Assembly (NCBI GenBank): GCA_965369865.1
Contig: CBDURU010000073.1
Location: 1-18,195, forward strand
DNA from: an uncultured bacterium
GTDB taxonomy: Bacteria; JAJVIF01; JAPKYR01
Length of the DNA: 18,195 bases
Reading direction: 5' to 3'
Positions 8,152 to 15,300 of this stretch are shown in pieces. A program made the translations under genes and the position numbers. Under the pieces are notes generated by a model. The model had not been told where the DNA came from and did not search any database. It saw only the letters and a list, made by a program, of their open reading frames with translations. Position 1 is the stretch's first letter. Each line of letters opens with the position of its first letter.

Positions 8152-8610
8152 TCATTGATCTTTTAATCCACTGCCGCGAACATGGAGAATCGTTCCGATA
8201 TCGTCCAGCGTACGGTTCTCATCACGGTAATAGTCTCTCAACCAGACCTTGTGCTTCCGTTTTCGATAAAGCTCTATCACACGTTCATCCCTTCGTTTTT
8301 CAACAAGGTCTAACCGGGCCTTATCGGTCTCTTCCCTTGCTTTCACGATTTCTGCTCCCGCATGTTCGATGGTTTCATCGATGCGCACAAGATGCTCGTG
8401 GAGGTTTCCGATCTCCCGGGCGCTCATGCCCTCCTGGATAGCTTTAATTCGCGATTCTATTGTTTCATCACGGATATCCCTTAGGTTTTGCTCGCGTTCT
8501 TCCGCATGAGCCTGCTTGCCCACCTTTCGGGCAAAACGCGTCCGCTCCCGTTCCGACAGTGACCGTCGAAAATTCAGGATTCGTTCCAGTCTGAATTTGA
8601 ATTTACGCAA
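8152..8610 (-). CDS. fliJ: Flagellar export protein FliJ
   Basis: MRKFKFRLERILNFR N-terminus, ~150-aa coiled coil, C-terminal E...LDD; directly after fliI; TTG start. Confidence 0.88.
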   Translation of the reverse strand: MRKFKFRLERILNFRRSLSERERTRFARKVGKQAHAEEREQNLRDIRDETIESRIKAIQEGMSAREIGNLHEHLVRIDETIEHAGAEIVKAREETDKARLDLVEKRRDERVIELYRKRKHKVWLRDYYRDENRTLDDIGTILHVRGSGLKDQ

Positions 8611-8614
8611 GATA

Positions 8615-10066
8615 TCAATCCCTGTATGCTTCAGGCGGCATTAATCCGGATGTTGTTCCGGGCTGGGTATCTCCGGCACTGGCATTTGCCTGCGGGGGTG
8701 GCGGTTCCACCTGGCCTGCAGCCGGTGTCCCGGTAATCCCAATGGCGGCTTTCAGCCCTGAATAAGCTTCATCGAAATTCGAACCTTCATCCATATCCTG
8801 CTTGAGGAATTCCATGATCCCGTCCATCAGGTCGATCGCAGCATCTGTTTTGGGATTCGTACCGCGCTGGTAAGCCCCGATGTTAATCAGGTCTTCCATA
8901 TCACGGTAAGCTGCAATGTGTTCTTTCAACTGCTGTGCCATTTGATTGTGCTCAGCGTCGACGACCTGCCTCATGACCCTGGACACGCTTGTGAGCATAT
9001 CCACCGCGGGAAAGTGCCCGCGATCGGAAAGCTCACGTGTAAGTATGATATGTCCATCCAGGGTAGCCCTTGATATGTCGCTGATCGGTTCCGCAAGGTC
9101 ATCGCCTTCGACCAGTACCGTGTACAGCCCGGTGATGCTGCCATTATTCGACCGTCCGGCGCGTTCGAGCAGCTTGGGAATAATCCCGAAAACACTCGGC
9201 GGGTATCCCCTCGTAGCTGGGGGTTCACCGGCAGCCAGCCCAACCTCCCTGCCAGCTAGAGCGAACCTTGTAAGTGAATCCATCATAAATAAAACGTCCC
9301 GGCCGGAATCCCTGAAATATTCGGCGATCGCTGTAGCGGTCAGTGCGCCCCTCATACGGAGCAGTGCAGGCTGGTTTGAAGTCGCAACGACAACCACGCT
9401 CCTCTTGAGACCTTCCGGACCGAGATCGCGTTCGATAAATTCACGGACCTCCCGTCCACGTTCCCCCACAAGCGCGATTACATTTATATCGGCCCCGGTA
9501 TACCGTGCCATCATTCCAAGAAGTACGCTTTTTCCAACGCCGCTGCCCGAGAAGATCCCGACCCTCTGCCCTTTGCCGAGTGTCATACATGAATCGACAG
9601 CCTTTATACCGGTGACCATGGCCTCATCGATCAGGGGCCTTGTTACCGGATTCGGGCCGAGCCGGTAAATCGGGTTCGACTGTCCCCTCGGAAATGGCGG
9701 GCCTTCATCTATCGGACGTCCAATACCGTCAACCACCCGGCCGATGAGAAAATCACCTGTATTTATTCTGAGTCCGTTCGCTATCGTCCGTACAGACGCA
9801 CCTGGACGAACCCCGCTCAATTCACCGTATGGAAGCAGGATCACTTTCCTTGTATCGAAACCGATAACCTCGCACAAAAGGGGATCGAGGTTCTGCCGTT
9901 CGACTTCCACAACCTGTCCCTGGACCGGATCGGGCAGGCTGGCTTCAAGGCCGATCCCGACCAGCTTGGTGACAATACCCTTGACCTTGCATGCTGGCGC
10001 GGCATCGAGCGTGTGATAAAAAGGCGTTAGATCGAGGGATTGAACGGGTGGAGGGTCAAGAGCCAT
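8615..10066 (-). CDS. fliI: Flagellum-specific export ATPase FliI
   Basis: GQRVGIFSGSGVGKS Walker A, ALVGERGREVREF, MMDSLTRFA, GEPPATRGYPPS, DGHIILTR; ATG at 10066 preceded by GGAGGAG and overlapping the fliH stop. Confidence 0.95.
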   Translation of the reverse strand: MALDPPPVQSLDLTPFYHTLDAAPACKVKGIVTKLVGIGLEASLPDPVQGQVVEVERQNLDPLLCEVIGFDTRKVILLPYGELSGVRPGASVRTIANGLRINTGDFLIGRVVDGIGRPIDEGPPFPRGQSNPIYRLGPNPVTRPLIDEAMVTGIKAVDSCMTLGKGQRVGIFSGSGVGKSVLLGMMARYTGADINVIALVGERGREVREFIERDLGPEGLKRSVVVVATSNQPALLRMRGALTATAIAEYFRDSGRDVLFMMDSLTRFALAGREVGLAAGEPPATRGYPPSVFGIIPKLLERAGRSNNGSITGLYTVLVEGDDLAEPISDISRATLDGHIILTRELSDRGHFPAVDMLTSVSRVMRQVVDAEHNQMAQQLKEHIAAYRDMEDLINIGAYQRGTNPKTDAAIDLMDGIMEFLKQDMDEGSNFDEAYSGLKAAIGITGTPAAGQVEPPPPQANASAGDTQPGTTSGLMPPEAYRD

Positions 10067-10835
10067 TCTGCTCCTCCCCTGCCGTCCGGGATCGCAGGCC
10101 GCGGTTTTTCGCCTGGTCCTTAAGCAACGAACCGATTTCTTCGAGGGCCTCAAGGAACTTTGCGTCAATCATGCCGTTATCGCTTTCAATGCGGAGGCTT
10201 CCGGTAGTCAAAGTCGGATCGCTTCTTAACGACGTAACGATATTTTCAGCGGCCACACCGGTTTCATGAAGATATGTTTCGATAACATCCAGCTCGTCCG
10301 GGCTTACCGATAATGTCACTTCAACGCCGGGTGGCATACGTTCGAGAAGGGCCCGCGCCCTTTCAGCAATCGTACGGGGTCGGGTATGGAGTTCATTAAT
10401 TAAAATTTTTCGCGCGAGATCACAGGAAAGTTCGATAATCCCTGTAAGGTTTGAATCGAGAAACTCCGCACGATTTTCCTTCATCATATGAATTTCATTT
10501 TCAAGTTGTGTAAGAAGACCCTTTATTTTTTCAAGGGCTTCTCGCTTTGCCGCAAGGTCGCCGTCACTCCTGGCTTTCGACCTGATCGACTCAGCTTCGT
10601 TTTTCGCGCCCGATACAATGCTGTCGGCTTCCGTATGGGCATTTTTAAGTAAAGCAGCGATCTTTTCATTCGCTGCATGCTCGAGCTGCTCGATCCTGGT
10701 CATCTCCTCGGTCTTGTTAATCTCCCTGCGTACTCGTACAAGTTGCTCGGCCTGCCCGGCGATCGGTATTCCCTTGACCAGTACAACATCCGGTTTATTA
10801 AGAGGGTGAATTTTGTTCGCTTCAGGATCAGACAT
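10056..10835 (-). CDS. fliH: Flagellar assembly protein FliH
   Basis: A..EA..I...A..EA helical repeats followed by a FliH-like C-terminal domain (VSPDEL...DPTL..GSLRIESDNGMIDA); between fliG and fliI; ATG 10835 after SD GAGG. Confidence 0.85.
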   Translation of the reverse strand: MSDPEANKIHPLNKPDVVLVKGIPIAGQAEQLVRVRREINKTEEMTRIEQLEHAANEKIAALLKNAHTEADSIVSGAKNEAESIRSKARSDGDLAAKREALEKIKGLLTQLENEIHMMKENRAEFLDSNLTGIIELSCDLARKILINELHTRPRTIAERARALLERMPPGVEVTLSVSPDELDVIETYLHETGVAAENIVTSLRSDPTLTTGSLRIESDNGMIDAKFLEALEEIGSLLKDQAKNRGLRSRTAGEEQNGS

Positions 10836-10897
10836 CGGGTTGTTCCTCACTTGCCGATTCGATGTTTATCTCTTCCCGCATAATCATAAAAAAAAAA

Positions 10898-11899
10898 TCA
10901 GGTGATCAGCTCCTCCTCGCCGCCCTTTACGATAATGATGTCACCCTGATCCTCAAGCTGCCTGATTATGTTAACAATACGCTGCTGTGCTGTTTCCACG
11001 TCCTTGAGACGGACCGGGCCCATGAATTCCATCTCCTCCTGGAGCATGCTTGCAGCCCGCTTCGACATGTTCTTGAATACCTTTGTCGCCACCTCTTCGG
11101 ATACGCCCTTGAGTGCCAGCGAGAGTTCCTTGGTGTCAACTTCCCTCAGGACCTGCTGCACCGAGCGGTCATCGAGATGGATGATATCCTCGAAAACGAA
11201 CATCATGTTTTTGACCTGCTCGGCGAGTTCCGGGTCCCGGTCCCCGAGAGCCTCCAGGATCGCTTTCTCCGTTCCGCGATCGACCTTGTTTAAAACCTCA
11301 ACAAGGGACTGGACACCTCCGGCAGATGAAAATTCCTGCGACAGGATGGCCGACAGGTTTTTTTCCATGACCCTTTCGATCTCGCGGATAACTTCCGGGC
11401 TGGTCCGATCCAGAAGCGCGAGCCGCATCGCCACCTCGGCCTGTTTCTCAGCATCCAGGGCACTGAGAAGCATCGAAGCCTGGTTTGTTTCAAGATAGGC
11501 CATTACGAGCGCGATCGTCTGGGGATGTTCGTTGATAATAAAATTCGTGATCGCCTGCGGGTCGGTACGCCTTACAAAATCGAACGGGCTTACCTGGAGA
11601 AATGTCGACAGCCTTTGTACCACTTCCTCGGCACGGGCCGATCCGAGAGCTTCCTCCAGGACCGAACGGGCATAATCCACACCACCCATCGTGATGTACT
11701 GTTGTGCTACACCGATCTCATGGAAATCCCGGTAAACATCATCGATAAGATCGGAATCGATCTTGCCGATGTTCGCGAGTTCCATCGTGATTATCTCGAC
11801 CTCGGAATCGGTCAGGTACTTGTAAATTTCCGCCGCCGAATCCTTGCCGAGGGCAGCCATAATGACCGCAGCTTTACGTTTTCCTAATATCTTTGCCAT
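10898..11899 (-). CDS. fliG: Flagellar motor switch protein FliG
   Basis: GKRKAAVIMAALG, GGVDYA, EHPQTIAL, MFVFEDI, LALKG, NMSKRAA, GPVRLKDVETAQQRI. Confidence 0.97.
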   Translation of the reverse strand: MAKILGKRKAAVIMAALGKDSAAEIYKYLTDSEVEIITMELANIGKIDSDLIDDVYRDFHEIGVAQQYITMGGVDYARSVLEEALGSARAEEVVQRLSTFLQVSPFDFVRRTDPQAITNFIINEHPQTIALVMAYLETNQASMLLSALDAEKQAEVAMRLALLDRTSPEVIREIERVMEKNLSAILSQEFSSAGGVQSLVEVLNKVDRGTEKAILEALGDRDPELAEQVKNMMFVFEDIIHLDDRSVQQVLREVDTKELSLALKGVSEEVATKVFKNMSKRAASMLQEEMEFMGPVRLKDVETAQQRIVNIIRQLEDQGDIIIVKGGEEELIT

Positions 11900-11907
11900 T
11901 ACATAAA

Positions 11908-11913
11908 AGTATA
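11908..11913 (-). promoter_or_regulatory. Candidate -10 box of fliG (leaderless or near-leaderless transcript)
   Basis: TATACT 8 nt upstream of the fliG ATG; no SD upstream; no clear -35. Confidence 0.4.
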
Positions 11914-12233
11914 CTATGCGCAGGCATAGTTCGGGAGGGATTAATCTCCCTGTATTAATATTATTATCGTCTTAATATACCTTAATGTGTCGCAATATCA
12001 GGGTCGATTAAGTCTCATTTGTGAATCACAGATGTCCAAAACAAAATTTCATCGATCAGGGAGTGCGTCGAATGGTCCTTTAGTCCGATAGTATCCGACT
12101 GCAAGATCCTGGTTGGCACATACAGAGATGCATCGATCGTTCACTATCAGCCTGACGACTGCCGGTAAAACCTGTTAAGGTCCGATTAATCAAACTTAAA
12201 CATTTTTTTTATAGTTGATTATAAGTAAATAAC

Positions 12234-12262
12234 TCGCCATGCAACCATTTTTTTGATATAAT
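12234..12262 (+). promoter_or_regulatory. Extended -10 promoter of the giant lipoprotein gene
   Basis: TGaTATAAT (12254-12262), with TCGCCA (12234-12239) 17 bp upstream of the hexamer; SD GGAGG at 12331-12335. Confidence 0.6.
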
Positions 12263-12342
12263 CATTTACTGAATCTTTATTTATTACCAAAGATTCTGTA
12301 ACTTCGGTGAGGGCAAGTAAGAAAATTCATGGAGGTCTTCTC

Positions 12343-15300
12343 ATGCATAATCTGATAAAGGTTACGCGACTAATTTGTATATTCTCTTTTATAACGGTCC
12401 TGATTGTTGGTTGTACATCCGGTGGATTAAATCCAACGCAACCACCCATATCGGAGCAGGATGAAAGCCCGCTGTTGACCGATACCAGCCTGCCAACTCA
12501 TGAAATGGGCAGCACGGGTGGATTAATGCCGGTGGGATTCTACGATGTGACCCTGGACCTGGAGTCAGGCGAGGCTGTAATCACACCGCTTCGCACAACC
12601 GATATAACGCTTAATATCATGAATCTGCTCCAGACTCCACTGGGTAACCCGGCGAATTTCCTCATAGAAATCACCGACCTCAGCCAGTTGGCGGATGGAA
12701 TCATCGGTGTCGATATTACTGTCAGGCATCCATTCGAAATGGCGCAATATACGGCATTCGATGCAATGCTGATCATGTATAGTGACGGCTCGATCGTGAG
12801 CGCTGAGGACCCGGATGTTAACTACCCGGGCACCGACGATTTAAGGCTCCTGAATGCCGACGGTTATACCCGCTGGATGAATCCTGTCGAGTTTACATCG
12901 GGCAACCTCTTCGGGTTTCTCGAGGGCAATTTCGGTACTAAGGACGGCGGTTTCACAGCCACTATAAACGGCTACAAATACTATCCAACGGGTATCGAAG
13001 CGACCGAAACCGTCCATGACTTCTTCTCCGAACTACCAAATTTGGTAAAACGTGGCGCATGGATGCCAGGTTCCGCGGTCCCCAGGAATTTTATGATCCA
13101 GTTCCCAAAGGAAGACGGGGAAACAGTGGTCAGGTTCCAGTATGGATTTATTGTCCGCTGGGAACCTGCTCTGGATGAGTATGGCGATCCCATCCCGGAC
13201 CCCAAACTCGCGGACTTCCCACTCAACGCGAATATGCCTGAAGCGGTTCATATCGCCGTGGATTCATCGTCAAGTACGGCTTATTACATTAGTGAAACCG
13301 AAAAAGGTGGGAATCTGATTCTCGATTTGACAATTTACGACTGGCAGGCGGTGTTAACTCCCGGCGGTGCCGCGGAACAGATTGTAGAACTTATTGTTGA
13401 AGCTCCATCGGGAATGATCGCAGGCGGTGTTTCATTCTCAACTACAGATATTCTGAACGCGCAGGCATCCTCGGGTCCGACACACACTCAGACGATTCTC
13501 GAAATCCCGAATGTTGTGCCGACAGGTCTTTTTGAGGAAATCCTGATTACCGTTCGGTCAACCGACCCAACCAGCTATGACCAGGGTTTCGGCACTCCCT
13601 ACCCGGAAAGCGCGCATCTAGCCGCATACCAGCGTGCCATTATCGACATTAAGGATTACATCCCGAACATTGCGCCTGTGATCGATGAAATCAACGGTGA
13701 AACCATGGTCAACTGTTTCATCGGTGAAGAGGAATACACCGTAACGGCGCATGATCCCGATCCCGGCGACACGCTCACCTACAAGTGGGAGGTCACTCCG
13801 GATGCAGTGCTTCCAACATTTACCGACCCGCTGAGCACAGCCGATATCTGTGTTATCGACTGGGCCGATAACGATATATATCCATACGGTGAATGGGATG
13901 TCTGGGTGCAGGTTTCGGACGGCATCGCATTTGTCAAGGACCACCTGGATGTGACCAAGTCCGATGAACAGCTTATCGCGGGGATGATCCTGGCCGATCC
14001 CTTACATGTCAGCGATGTCACCTGCGATACTACCGGCGAGTATACCGCTCAGGCAAGCGACTGCAATCCGGACGCGATTCTCGAGTACAGGTTCATCCGC
14101 AAATTCACAACGGATGAAACTCCTCCCGATTCTATTGATCCTGACTGGACTAACTGGCAATCCGATCCATTATGGTTAATCGATTGGGACAACACCGAGA
14201 TCGGCGACTGGCTGATCTGGGCGCACGTGCGGGAAACGGCCGATCATGCGATCGAGGATGTCTCACCCGCACTTGCGGTTGAGCGGATCAATTCAATTCC
14301 ATATGTCTACAAGGTTTATGGACCTGACGAAGTAGACTGCACCGACACTGATGCATTATACGATGCGGGCATTGTGGACGACTGCGATGCAGGTCAGGTA
14401 CATGCCCGATGGTGGGGAATCTCGGAGACACCCTCTCCCTCCGGTGCGGACTGGACTGAATTTTCAAGCAATAATTTCGTCATCGACTGGTCAGGTTATC
14501 CATCCGGCCTCTATTACCTCTTTCAAAAAGCACATGATGGTTTTGTTGAATACACATGCGCAAATTCGCTCGATATTGAGCGGATCAACACCCCTCCCAC
14601 TGTCCCGACACCGTCAGGGCTTGATACGGTTTTCTGTGATACCGTAACTGACTACACCTGCGAGGTTAAGGACTGCGACACCGGTGATATTCTCACAACC
14701 CAATATTATCTTTCAATCGAAAAACCCACTCCGGTTGGCGGAGAATGGATCACTTTCACCGGCACCACTTTCACTCCGGATTTCTCATCCACTCCAAATA
14801 GAGAATACTGGCTCTTCGCACGAGCTGACGACGGCTATGGCTGGGTAGTGTGTCCCCAATCGCTTGCAGTACTGAAAAAGAACACTCCTCCTGTTGTCGG
14901 GACACCTTCCGGCAACACCGATGTGGACTGCACCGAGATGGAAACGTACACGGTCGACATCTCCGACTGCGATCCCGATGACCTTGTGCAATCCTGGGCG
15001 CTCTCAACGGAACCCGACGACCCCGGCAGTAACTGGAATGGTTTCACCGGAAATTCATTTGAAATCAACTGGGAAAAATACGGTGTCAAGCCATGGTATC
15101 TCTTCGTAAAAGCAGAAGATGGAGATGCTACAACTATCTGCGATCCGCCTCTTGCGATTGTTAACAATAATGCCGCTCCTGTGCTGGAACATGCACCGGA
15201 GGGTCCGACCACAATAGTCTGCGGTGGCGAGGAAAATTACGATGTCGGCTTATGCAGCGACTGCAACCTCGATGCGGATGTGCATCGCTACTGGATTATT

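Noticed and set aside
10067..10168. Longer FliI start at 10168 in the ORF track
   Set aside because: Would overlap fliH by >100 bp; ATG 10066 has a strong GGAGGAG SD and gives a normal N-terminus
10888..10897. U10 tract directly after the fliG stop as a terminator or phase-variation tract
   Set aside because: No convincing GC-rich hairpin precedes it, and it is intergenic so length changes would not shift a frame
321..11887. Antisense or alternative-frame ORFs overlapping the housekeeping and flagellar genes
   Set aside because: No recognisable motifs; fully nested in well-supported genes; expected by-products of codon bias
7563..11899. Non-flagellar type III secretion (injectisome) cluster
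   Set aside because: FliG with intact EHPQ, MFVF and C-terminal charged torque-helix motifs is flagellum-specific; no injectisome-specific genes are present
12016..12034. CRP or Rex binding site
   Set aside because: TGTGA/TCACA half-sites are only 1 bp apart (CRP needs 6; Rex is TTGTGAA-N4-TTCACAA); kept only as an unassigned dyad
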